This document shows, in pieces, positions 8,217 through 15,293 of a stretch of DNA of 24,563 bases (within the stretch, counting starts at the first letter, position 1; every line of letters begins with the position of its first letter). Location: the IMG/VR virus record IMGVR_UViG_3300031823_000107, positions 1 through 24,563 of that record; one strand, written 5' to 3'. The position numbers and the translations under genes are program-made. The stretch is from a virus. Its lineage: Duplodnaviria > Caudoviricetes. The notes beneath the pieces are model-generated. The model made no database searches. It worked only from the letters and a program-made list of their open reading frames with translations, and was not told the DNA's origin.

Positions 8217-8483
8217 CTACGCCGCGGGCTTTTCGGTGACCGGCGGCGGCGGTTGAACCGGAGGAGGCGGCGGAGTCGGAAACGGAATCACCGGAGTGGG
8301 TTTCGCCGGCGGAGCGTTTTGAAGATCCGCCAACACCCTGATCTTATCGTGCGCCGCCATCCACTGTGAAAATTCCGCGGCAAAATCGGTCGTGTGAAAC
8401 GCCCCGAACAATTTTTCAATGCGCGCGCGTAACGCGTCTTGGGCGGACTGAATCTCAGCGGCCATATCGGATAGTTCACTCAT
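8217..8483 (-). CDS. Hypothetical protein, helical with Pro-rich tail
   Basis: 88 aa, GGAGG SD, immediately after the terminase. Confidence 0.7.
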   Translation of the reverse strand: MSELSDMAAEIQSAQDALRARIEKLFGAFHTTDFAAEFSQWMAAHDKIRVLADLQNAPPAKPTPVIPFPTPPPPPVQPPPPVTEKPAA

Positions 8484-8492
8484 AGAGCCTCC

Positions 8493-10181
8493 CTAGTAAC
8501 CTGTCTTGGACTGCGAATGAAATTGCGGCAGACCCGTTAAGGGCGCGTGGACTGAAGCAATCGTATGACAGTAATGAACAGAAATAGCTAAAGCGATTGT
8601 GCAGTCGTCTCGGCATCCTTCTTCGGCGCCCATATCGACGTGCCCTTCTTTTGAGACCTGCTTCACGACATAGGTTTCCAACTCCTCCAAGGTCAACTCA
8701 TCATGCAATACGATCAGTAACGTGCGAAGCGCGTTCTGCAGTTGGTCGATCACCATCGGCTTCGTCTTGACGTTGGTATGAAACCCGAATTCCTCGGTCT
8801 CACTCCAGACGCCGGCGTCCGAGACCACGGCCTTTTTCTGCCGGCAGAGATTCGGATAATGTTTGTTGGCCAGATACGTCACCACCACCAACCCCGGCCC
8901 GTTACGTTCAGGAGCCAGCAGCGCCCGGTTATAGTAAAGACCGAGCGCGAACAACCTTTGCGCAAAATCGTCCGGGTTCATGTGCCCGTGTAAATGCGCG
9001 ACTTGCGTCCAGGTCGAACGTTTGATCACCTGCGCGCAGGCTTCGTCATGCGTTAAGGCCGACTCGCAGGTATCGGCCCCGATCACATATTTTTCTTCAC
9101 TCTGCGCTTCCTGATAAATGCGCAAGAATCCTTTCGCATCAGAAACAAACGCCGGTCGTCGGTCCACCAGTTCGATTTCCCCGCGCAACTTCGGGGCGCC
9201 TAAATTACTTTTCTGCGGAGCGGTGAGCCGTTCCGGGAACACCCGTTGCGAGGTCGAAATGAACGCTTCTTTGTCGGTTAAGGGGTACTCCACCTGGAAC
9301 TTTTCATCGTCATCTCCGAAGGAATCTTCAATTTCTCTTCGACGCCAGTTCATTTGTTCCAAGGTGAGTGAGTGTTCCGCCATAATCTTTTTTTCTTTTT
9401 CCGATAGCGATGCCACAAATTTTTGTTTGATGCCCTCGTTATAGAAGGGCCGGGAATATTCGGCGTGTTCGCGCCAACTACAAAACAGCGGTATCCAGTC
9501 GGTGTTTTCGGGGTCTGCCTCGTACGCCTTTTTGATCCGCCAATAGAATTTCGAAACTTCGTTAATGCCGTTAGCGGTCGATTCCAAGAGCACCATCGTA
9601 TCTTCGGTTTTAGGAATAGCGGGGGTGAGTGCTTGCATCAGTTCCTTGAAATTTTCGTAGAAGGCGACTTCGGATAAATGCACGAGTTTCAAGGTATATT
9701 TCCGGCCGGCTTTGGCGTTTCTCGCGGTATCGATCATGATCCGCGAATAGGTGCCGTCAAACTCGAGTCTGCGTTCGTCCATGCGTTTAGCGGTGGGAAC
9801 CAGATGCGGGTGTTTGGCCAGCATTTGTTCATGGAAGAGTTCGTTCATTTTAAAAATGTAGGTGGCGCCGTCGACGTCATCGGCGACGTCCAAGGCGTTG
9901 ACATTCGGTCGTTGGGAGGAGAAGGCATAGATCAACGCCTGCGCCAAGGTGGTCACGCCTAGCTGCCTGGCTTTTAAGACGAACAAAAACACCGGTCGAC
10001 CCAAGCGCCGTCGGGCCTGGAGCGCGTCCACAATTTTTTGTTGCGTCGAGTTTAACACCAAAGGAATCAAATTCGCATCTTTATCGCGGATCATCAAGTA
10101 CCCGCGTTTTAAGAGTCCGACGGGATCGGCTTCAAACAATTCCTTTTCGCGCCAGAGCAACTTTTCGATGGCTTGGGTCAT
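8493..10181 (-). CDS. terL: Terminase large subunit
   Basis: 562 aa. Q-motif LNSTQ, Walker A VLKARQLGVTT, Walker B VHLSEVAF, coupling motif LESTANG, RNase H-like nuclease YVIGADT...DDCTIALAI. Confidence 0.95.
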   Translation of the reverse strand: MTQAIEKLLWREKELFEADPVGLLKRGYLMIRDKDANLIPLVLNSTQQKIVDALQARRRLGRPVFLFVLKARQLGVTTLAQALIYAFSSQRPNVNALDVADDVDGATYIFKMNELFHEQMLAKHPHLVPTAKRMDERRLEFDGTYSRIMIDTARNAKAGRKYTLKLVHLSEVAFYENFKELMQALTPAIPKTEDTMVLLESTANGINEVSKFYWRIKKAYEADPENTDWIPLFCSWREHAEYSRPFYNEGIKQKFVASLSEKEKKIMAEHSLTLEQMNWRRREIEDSFGDDDEKFQVEYPLTDKEAFISTSQRVFPERLTAPQKSNLGAPKLRGEIELVDRRPAFVSDAKGFLRIYQEAQSEEKYVIGADTCESALTHDEACAQVIKRSTWTQVAHLHGHMNPDDFAQRLFALGLYYNRALLAPERNGPGLVVVTYLANKHYPNLCRQKKAVVSDAGVWSETEEFGFHTNVKTKPMVIDQLQNALRTLLIVLHDELTLEELETYVVKQVSKEGHVDMGAEEGCRDDCTIALAISVHYCHTIASVHAPLTGLPQFHSQSKTGY

Positions 10182-10561
10182 GCGACCTCCAGGGTCATCG
10201 GGTCGTGCACCTTAAAAATACCGATCGCCAAATGGTCCTCTTTCGAGACATCTTTTAGAAGCGCGACCGACACGGATCGCGCTTGGGAATGCGAATATTT
10301 AAGTGCGAGTTGGGCGGCAAACTGCAGGACGTCGGAAGACGGATCTTGCTTTTGGTGCCGGCATAACACGAGGTGCGACCCTTTGGCGGCCATGGCGTGC
10401 ATCCAGAGACAGTCTTTGTGCGGGTGTTCCAAGACCAGCTTTTCGTTCGAGTAAGAATTCTGCCCGAGTTGGATCACGTAACCCTGTTTCTGAAAGGAGA
10501 GAATCTGTCGATCGTTTTTGCGGGGCGCCGGGGATTTCAGTTCCGTCATTAAATCAGGCAT
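10178..10561 (-). CDS. Stand-alone NFACT-R (DUF814; RqcH/FbpA C-terminal) RNA-binding-domain protein
   Basis: Start taken at MPDL (127 aa). IQLGQNSYSNEKL...DCLWMHAMAAKGSHLVL...LQFAAQLALKYS...KDVSK...G matches the G[KR]N..N..L / W.H....GSH / AA.LA..[YF]S pattern of NFACT-R. Confidence 0.85.
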   Translation of the reverse strand: MPDLMTELKSPAPRKNDRQILSFQKQGYVIQLGQNSYSNEKLVLEHPHKDCLWMHAMAAKGSHLVLCRHQKQDPSSDVLQFAAQLALKYSHSQARSVSVALLKDVSKEDHLAIGIFKVHDPMTLEVA

Positions 10562-10946
10562 CGCTTGACCGCTCCGTATAAAGCAGGACCATGGAAAAAG
10601 ACCCGTGCGATTCCGAGACAGTGACATCGTCGATCGTCGCGATAGCTAAACGCTGGAAGATGAAGGATAAATCGACAAAGAATTTGTGGTCTTCCCGGCG
10701 ATACACAGCCACTTTCCTTGGGATGTAGGGGGCGTCGGTCGGCGATTGCAGGGCCAGTAACATCATGCGGCCGTTCGATTCGGTATGCGCCAGTTTACGC
10801 CAGCCGGAGTCCGGCGGAAAGACTTCCTCGCACTTCTTGGAAATGTCCCCGGAGTTCGTAATGAACCCGGCCAGCTTCACAAGACCGGAGTCGTTGGAAG
10901 CTTCGCCTTGTAAGACGACCGCCTGCATCATCATGTTCGAAGTCAT
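10554..10946 (-). CDS. Hypothetical protein
   Basis: Start trimmed to MTSNMMMQ (alternative start 10934) to avoid overlap with the upstream Zn-finger gene; about 130 aa. Confidence 0.65.
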   Translation of the reverse strand: MTSNMMMQAVVLQGEASNDSGLVKLAGFITNSGDISKKCEEVFPPDSGWRKLAHTESNGRMMLLALQSPTDAPYIPRKVAVYRREDHKFFVDLSFIFQRLAIATIDDVTVSESHGSFSMVLLYTERSSDA

Positions 10947-10948
10947 CC

Positions 10949-11125
10949 TTAAAACCCGTTGGACCCGAAGGCGTTCATCTTCCCGGTGCCGCCACAGGAA
11001 GGACAGGGATATTCCGAACCGGTCGTGACATTGGTGAAGGTGAACGCATTCGGCGCAGTGAGCGCTTGTCCCGTCGGACCGGCGACATTGCCAAGGCCTT
11101 TGCATTGCGTACAGACCATGCTCAT
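10949..11125 (-). CDS. DnaJ-type Zn-finger miniprotein 3 (2x CxxCxGxG)
   Basis: MSMVCTQCKGLG...CPSCGGTG; 58 aa; GAGGAGGT SD before ATG 11125. Confidence 0.8.
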   Translation of the reverse strand: MSMVCTQCKGLGNVAGPTGQALTAPNAFTFTNVTTGSEYPCPSCGGTGKMNAFGSNGF

Positions 11126-11135
11126 AACAACCTCC

Positions 11136-11315
11136 TCACAAGGGCGAATGCGCCCGTTCAATCCCGGTGCCGTTACAACTGGTACATCCGATCGACACCG
11201 AGGGGGCCCCGGCATGAGGCCCATGGACTTTGCCGGTTTTGGGGTCTTTGACTTCGGTGTCACCGTCAGAGGTCACACCGACCCCTTTACAGTACGGACA
11301 CAAGAAACTCGCCAT
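11136..11315 (-). CDS. DnaJ-type Zn-finger miniprotein 2 (2x CxxCxGxG)
   Basis: Absent from the ORF track (59 aa): MASFLCPYCKGVGVTSDGDTEVKDPKTGKVHGPHAGAPSVSIGCTSCNGTGIERAHSPL. ATG directly follows the upstream TAA. Confidence 0.8.
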   Translation of the reverse strand: MASFLCPYCKGVGVTSDGDTEVKDPKTGKVHGPHAGAPSVSIGCTSCNGTGIERAHSPL

Positions 11316-11468
11316 TTAATAATAGCCTTTGCCCTGACATTGGGTACAGACGATATTCGGCAGGACCCCCGACGGCGTAAAGAAACTTTCGTCGTTGTCT
11401 TTGATGTCGTCCGTCGATTCGGTGCCGATACAATTTCCGTTGCCGTTGCATTGACCGCAGATCACCAC
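11316..11468 (-). CDS. DnaJ-type Zn-finger miniprotein 1 (2x CxxCxGxG)
   Basis: Likely GTG start at 11468 (GAGGT SD); CGQCNGNG...CTQCQGKG; about 50 aa. Confidence 0.75.
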   Translation of the reverse strand: MVICGQCNGNGNCIGTESTDDIKDNDESFFTPSGVLPNIVCTQCQGKGYY

Positions 11469-11470
11469 CT

Positions 11471-11791
11471 TTACGCCACCTCGAATTTCTCTTCGACGGC
11501 GATACATTCGTGCTCTTTTAAAAACCGCATCTTTTCGCCTTTTAAGGGGTTGGTCGGATCGACGGGGTCGCCGTCCAAGGTAAACCCCGCCGTCGCTTTA
11601 AAAAGCACTACGTCCCCGGGTTTGACCGATTCCATGTGGCCGGCCGTCAACATCACTTTCCCACGCCGGACTTTCCCTTCAAAATGTTTCTGGGTGTCTA
11701 CTAGCGTCAAGCCCAACGGGTTCTTTTCATCCGCGTAACGGTCGATTAACTCCACTAAAATCGGCCATTTCCTGCGCAGCGTAAGGCTCAT
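11471..11791 (-). CDS. groES: GroES/Cpn10-like co-chaperonin
   Basis: 106 aa. ILVE, mobile loop EKNPLGLTL, RGKV, VKPGDVVLF, FLKEHECIAV parallel the GroES motifs GIVL, VKVGD.V.F and IMSESDILAI. Confidence 0.8.
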   Translation of the reverse strand: MSLTLRRKWPILVELIDRYADEKNPLGLTLVDTQKHFEGKVRRGKVMLTAGHMESVKPGDVVLFKATAGFTLDGDPVDPTNPLKGEKMRFLKEHECIAVEEKFEVA

Positions 11792-12423
11792 AACGGCACT
11801 TCCACCCAGGTGTAATGAGCGATCATCACAGTGGCCGAGCTCGCCCCCAAAGAAAGGATTCCTCCCGGCGGAACCACCACCGAACCGATCGGATACTCTC
11901 GGTCAATCAACTGCACACCGCCAATGGCGGAAGCTCCCGTCGTGCCCCCTAAGGCTCGAAAGAAAACTGGAACCGCGGGAAGTTGCGCGGAGCTATAACA
12001 CAAGGCTTTGGTGTTCGCGAAGGTCCCCGTACTCTGCCCGACGAAGGCACTTGAAATCGTTGCCGGCGGAAGGGCACCGGTCACGCCTGTTGAATTCATC
12101 AGGTTATAGGCGAGAAACAGTCCCGTCGCGGCGGCCGGAGACGCCAAAATATCGACACCGGTGTCCAGCATCACCAACTTCACACCGGACCCCACGGGGT
12201 TTACTAAAATCAGTCCGGTCGTGGTCACGGAGAGTCCCGCCGCGGATATCGTCGGAGCGGTCGTGGTCGACGCACAGACGTAGGTGTTCGCCCCAGAATA
12301 GTAATAACTGGCATCTTCCACCGGCGAAGCGAGTGCCACCGACGCAGTCATTCCATAAAAAAAGAGGGCCCCCACAAAAAGTGCGAGCCCCGCTAAATGC
12401 GCCGTGCGTCGTTCCGGCTTCAT
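11788..12423 (-). CDS. Putative structural/exported beta-rich protein with signal-peptide-like N-terminus
   Basis: Start taken at MKPERR (ATG 12423) because the track's TTG is the -35 box. Basic n-region, hydrophobic LAGLALFVGALFFYG and an ALA-S cleavage-like site; the rest is Ala/Gly/Thr-rich and ends in YTWVEVPL. Confidence 0.7.
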   Translation of the reverse strand: MKPERRTAHLAGLALFVGALFFYGMTASVALASPVEDASYYYSGANTYVCASTTTAPTISAAGLSVTTTGLILVNPVGSGVKLVMLDTGVDILASPAAATGLFLAYNLMNSTGVTGALPPATISSAFVGQSTGTFANTKALCYSSAQLPAVPVFFRALGGTTGASAIGGVQLIDREYPIGSVVVPPGGILSLGASSATVMIAHYTWVEVPL

Positions 12424-12430
12424 AGCGACA

Positions 12431-12459
12431 AGCCTACCACCACGCTCGAATTTTGTCAA
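12431..12459 (-). promoter_or_regulatory. Sigma70-type promoter, probably giving a leaderless transcript
   Basis: TTGACA-17 nt-TAGGCT with TGG extension and an AT-rich upstream tract; ATG lies 7 nt after the -10 box with no SD. Confidence 0.7.
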
Positions 12460-12472
12460 GCGCTAAATTAAT

Positions 12473-12670
12473 TTATTTTTCCCAGGGCCAAATTATTTTC
12501 CCTTCCCCGTCCCGCACTTCGTTAAAAGCCCGGGCCTTATGAAACGTTTCCCAACGACTATCTTCCCACGGTACTTTCGAAAAATACGGCGGGATATTCG
12601 GAGACCTGGCTGTAAAGGACGGACTATGTGTTTGGCTTTTGCGGCGTAGACGTGGCCTTGTCGTTGTCAT
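12473..12670 (-). CDS. Hypothetical protein
   Basis: 65 aa, ATGA overlap with the small terminase stop. Confidence 0.5.
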   Translation of the reverse strand: MTTTRPRLRRKSQTHSPSFTARSPNIPPYFSKVPWEDSRWETFHKARAFNEVRDGEGKIIWPWEK

Positions 12671-13158
12671 GGGGGTGGCCCTGCCTTTCGTGCTTTACGA
12701 GTGCGATAGCCTTCAACGATCTCAGCGTCAATAGCTTCCTCAGCGAGCTTCGCGCGTGCCTCGGCTTCTGCGCGGGGTGTTCTGGTTCCGGTGATCTCCA
12801 CGCGCTTCACCCGGTCGTACAACTCCGGTCGATGTGCGCGAAGGTAAGCAATCCGGTCGGTGAACGTGTACGGTTCGCCTGAGACACCTCGCTGGTAGAG
12901 GACCGCTTCCAGAGCATCACACCCCTTCGCGTCGGCTTCTGCACAAATGCGAGCGACCACCGGGTTATGATCCTTCTGCCAGTGTAACGATGAGGCTAAG
13001 ACCCCTAACTCCCTAGCGGCTTGCGCTAGGTTAGGCCAATGGCGCATGATTGCGTCGGTGAGCTTTGCCCGGTCAAGGTTACGAGGGGTGGTTCTTAACC
13101 CCGTCCTGTCGTGGACAGTTATAGCAGGGTCAGCACCACCAGGTATCGGATCAGTCAT
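12667..13158 (-). CDS. Putative terminase small subunit
   Basis: 163 aa. HTH (NLAQAARELGVLASSL), then DALEAVLYQRGVSG and IAYLRAHRPELYD, a pattern common in TerS proteins; upstream of terL. Confidence 0.75.
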   Translation of the reverse strand: MTDPIPGGADPAITVHDRTGLRTTPRNLDRAKLTDAIMRHWPNLAQAARELGVLASSLHWQKDHNPVVARICAEADAKGCDALEAVLYQRGVSGEPYTFTDRIAYLRAHRPELYDRVKRVEITGTRTPRAEAEARAKLAEEAIDAEIVEGYRTRKARKAGPPP

Positions 13159-13163
13159 AGCAC

Positions 13164-13724
13164 TTACCGTTGAAAGATTTTAGGCCAGCACAATTCACAA
13201 GCGCAGTTGTCCGCATGACTCGCTTTGGGAGGAGGCGCGGGGCCATTAACCAGCCCAAGCGCCGACTCCTCCGGTTCACCTCTTAATATAGTTGAGTCTT
13301 TGACGTCAAAGTCTTGTCTTATCTTTCTTATCTTTCTACTCTTGGCTACGGTCAACGTACGGTCAACGTACGGTTTACGTACGGATTCCGTACGGATGGT
13401 GTTCGCTAACTTATAGCGTAGTCGGTCATGTACTAAACGCCCTGAGTATTCGCTCCAATCATGCACTTTCATGCGCGTCAAAAAGCCTGATTTTTTAAGT
13501 GCTGAAAGTAACACTAGTGCATCGCCATCCCACTTAACTCCCGTCCCGATTTGTCCCGCAGAATAACGCCTTAAGTCGCCATTTTCCCAAGCATATCTCA
13601 AAGTAAAATGCCAGAGTAAATGCACTAGACCAACGGCATAAGGGACAGGGATATTAAGCAATTCTGCCAGTTTAAGCGTCTTGGGATGGTCGCCTATTTC
13701 CTCATGCGATTGTATCCACGCCAT
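13164..13724 (-). CDS. Putative phage replication initiator (N-terminal winged-helix type)
   Basis: 186 aa. MAWIQSH...HPKTLKLA.LL....AVG.VHLLW...GDL...VHDWSEYSGRL; contains internal iterons; GAGGTG SD. Confidence 0.75.
   Translation of the reverse strand: MAWIQSHEEIGDHPKTLKLAELLNIPVPYAVGLVHLLWHFTLRYAWENGDLRRYSAGQIGTGVKWDGDALVLLSALKKSGFLTRMKVHDWSEYSGRLVHDRLRYKLANTIRTESVRKPYVDRTLTVAKSRKIRKIRQDFDVKDSTILRGEPEESALGLVNGPAPPPKASHADNCACELCWPKIFQR
13317..13397. repeat. Iteron-like array (putative replication origin)
   Basis: Five TACGG-initiated units at 11-bp spacing (13347, 13358, 13369, 13380, 13391) with CGTACG palindromic junctions, next to three 9-mers TCTTATCTT, TCTTATCTT, TCTACTCTT (13317-13343). 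Confidence 0.75.
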
Positions 13725-13733
13725 AAGTCACCT

Positions 13734-13934
13734 CTAGGCTTTGGGCTTAAATTCGGGGTCGCTCGAAAAGATGTAAGCACTCAAGGGCATCTCGACCGTA
13801 ACAAATAAACTACACTTCGAACAGTGTCCGGTTTTAAATAAAACCCCGCGCCGTTGCCCCTCTTTGATCGGAACACCGACGGGATACGTGCAGAAGGGAC
13901 AATGGAGTTTGCGGGGTTTGAAATTGTCGTACAT
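13734..13934 (-). CDS. Small Zn-ribbon protein (CPFC...CSKC), possible regulator
   Basis: Start moved to MYDNFKP (ATG 13934), just downstream of a promoter; 66 aa. Confidence 0.7.
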   Translation of the reverse strand: MYDNFKPRKLHCPFCTYPVGVPIKEGQRRGVLFKTGHCSKCSLFVTVEMPLSAYIFSSDPEFKPKA

Positions 13935-13944
13935 GAATGAGTTA

Positions 13945-13973
13945 ATTCTACCATCTTCTTTAAATGAAGTCAA
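13945..13973 (-). promoter_or_regulatory. Sigma70-type leftward promoter
   Basis: TTGACT-17 nt-TAGAAT with TGG extension; ATG lies 10 nt downstream with no SD. Confidence 0.7.
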
Positions 13974-14088
13974 TCCATCGACGGTCAACGCACATAAATT
14001 AGATTCCAGGCCCTTAAAAATAATTTGGGGTACTAGATGACCTAGTTAAACAATCATAAAAATAATCTGAATTAGTTAAATAATTTAC

Positions 14089-14119
14089 TTGACACGTATT
14101 CCATCCCATTTGCTATAAT
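14089..14119 (+). promoter_or_regulatory. Sigma70-type rightward promoter (extended -10)
   Basis: TTGACA-19 nt-TATAAT with TGC extension, in the AT-rich divergent region. Confidence 0.7.
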
Positions 14120-14182
14120 GAACTAGGTTAAGTAACTAACATGCAAAGCAGACTAAGACAATAGATAGGGGGTGATGAACAC

Positions 14183-14377
14183 ATGGGAACCAAGGAAATA
14201 AAGCAGATTCTAACGGACATCGACGAGGAATTAACGCTCACGCATTACGATACCGACTGGGAATCGATGGCGGTTCGATTGCGCCAGGTGTGTACCGAAT
14301 TAGATTCACGCACACAGGCCCAGTATCAAAATCGATTCATCCCTATCAGCGACGACGTATTTAATAACAGACGGTAG
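14183..14377 (+). CDS. Hypothetical protein
   Basis: 64 aa, GGGGGTGA SD, first gene of the rightward arm. Confidence 0.7.
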   Translation: MGTKEIKQILTDIDEELTLTHYDTDWESMAVRLRQVCTELDSRTQAQYQNRFIPISDDVFNNRR

Positions 14378-14419
14378 CCCTATCCCCTGCTCATCCCATA
14401 GGGCGGTGAGCGGGGATAT

Positions 14420-14590
14420 ATGGCGATCTTCCTGAATCTGTTTGTAACGGCTGTCTGGGTCTGGCTGGCCTATAATCCCTCGTTAGAGGTCGCGTTGCTC
14501 TTTGTCCTATGCGCCTATCCCTCTGGGTGGACGGTGTTCTGTCTCATTATAGTATGGCTCGAACTCCAACGTCAACGAAAGGAACCGTAA
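14420..14590 (+). CDS. Small hydrophobic membrane protein
   Basis: Absent from the ORF track (56 aa): MAIFLNLFVTAVWVWLAYNPSLEVALLFVLCAYPSGWTVFCLIIVWLELQRQRKEP. Its TAA overlaps the next ATG. Confidence 0.6.
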   Translation: MAIFLNLFVTAVWVWLAYNPSLEVALLFVLCAYPSGWTVFCLIIVWLELQRQRKEP

Positions 14591-14838
14591 TGCAATCAAT
14601 GGCGGAAGCTGTGATAGAGGAAGTGGGCAGGATCGTTCAGATGCGATCCCGACGAGCGCAACGTACGCTCAAAGAACTGGAACGACTGGGTTACTTCCAG
14701 CGAGGAAAGGTTGACCCCATGACGAAAACGAAACGCAAAGTCACGATGGAAAAGCCGCCGGAAGTGCCGCAAGCACCACCGGCGACACCGGAAAGCGTCG
14801 GAGAAAATCCGAACGGTGAGGAAGGCGAAGCGGCCTAA
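14590..14838 (+). CDS. Hypothetical protein, possible winged-helix fragment with Pro/Glu tail
   Basis: Start moved to MQSMAE (AAAGGA SD); RRAQRTLKELERLGYFQR resembles a wHTH recognition helix and wing. Confidence 0.55.
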   Translation: MQSMAEAVIEEVGRIVQMRSRRAQRTLKELERLGYFQRGKVDPMTKTKRKVTMEKPPEVPQAPPATPESVGENPNGEEGEAA

Positions 14839-15105
14839 ATGATTAAAGCGCGAATCGCCCGAATGACAAGTACCCGCTGGCGTGTCCGAGGTGTGAGGGG
14901 CAAGCTGTTTTGCGCTGATGCACAGATCGGACGTTTGAACAAAAGCGGTGTGCGGTGTATCGCGGGTACGGCGGCGGTTTCCGTCCCATCTTCGTTTCCG
15001 ACCGGGTTACAGTGTGGCGTGGGAAAAAACTCCCCCCAAGTAATCCCGATTCCTCGGAAGCGCGGAAACCGTCGCCAGATTCGCGCTTTAGAAAGGAAAA
15101 AATAA
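14839..15105 (+). CDS. Basic hypothetical protein
   Basis: 88 aa, abuts both neighbours. Confidence 0.5.
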   Translation: MIKARIARMTSTRWRVRGVRGKLFCADAQIGRLNKSGVRCIAGTAAVSVPSSFPTGLQCGVGKNSPQVIPIPRKRGNRRQIRALERKK

Positions 15106-15293
15106 TGCTCACTCGAAAATGGTCGTGCGGGGAAAGCGGTTGTAAAACGTCCGTTAAAGGAGTGACGGAAGGCTTACGGATCATGGATAAAAAGGGGGAT
15201 GAATCGCTGATGTATTTAGACCCCCATAACGTCACATTTTTTATTCTTGATTTACAACCATGGCTCTTAGACCGGACGGTACTACCTCGATGA
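15105..15293 (+). CDS. Hypothetical protein
   Basis: Start moved to MLTRKW (AAAGGA SD, TAATG overlap); 62 aa. Confidence 0.6.
   Translation: MLTRKWSCGESGCKTSVKGVTEGLRIMDKKGDESLMYLDPHNVTFFILDLQPWLLDRTVLPR

Noticed and set aside
6672-8483. Stop-codon recoding or frameshift errors explaining the run of tiny ORFs
   Set aside because: The ORFs use different frames and all three stop codons, most have their own SD or coupled start, and the long genes are intact under the standard code.
10959-11738. 259-aa plus-strand ORF and the other antisense ORFs across both arms
   Set aside because: They are shadows of well-supported opposite-strand genes and show no recognisable motifs.
13347-13397. Short direct repeats as a CRISPR array
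   Set aside because: The 11-bp units are tandem with no spacers, lie inside a CDS, and no cas genes are present; iterons fit better.
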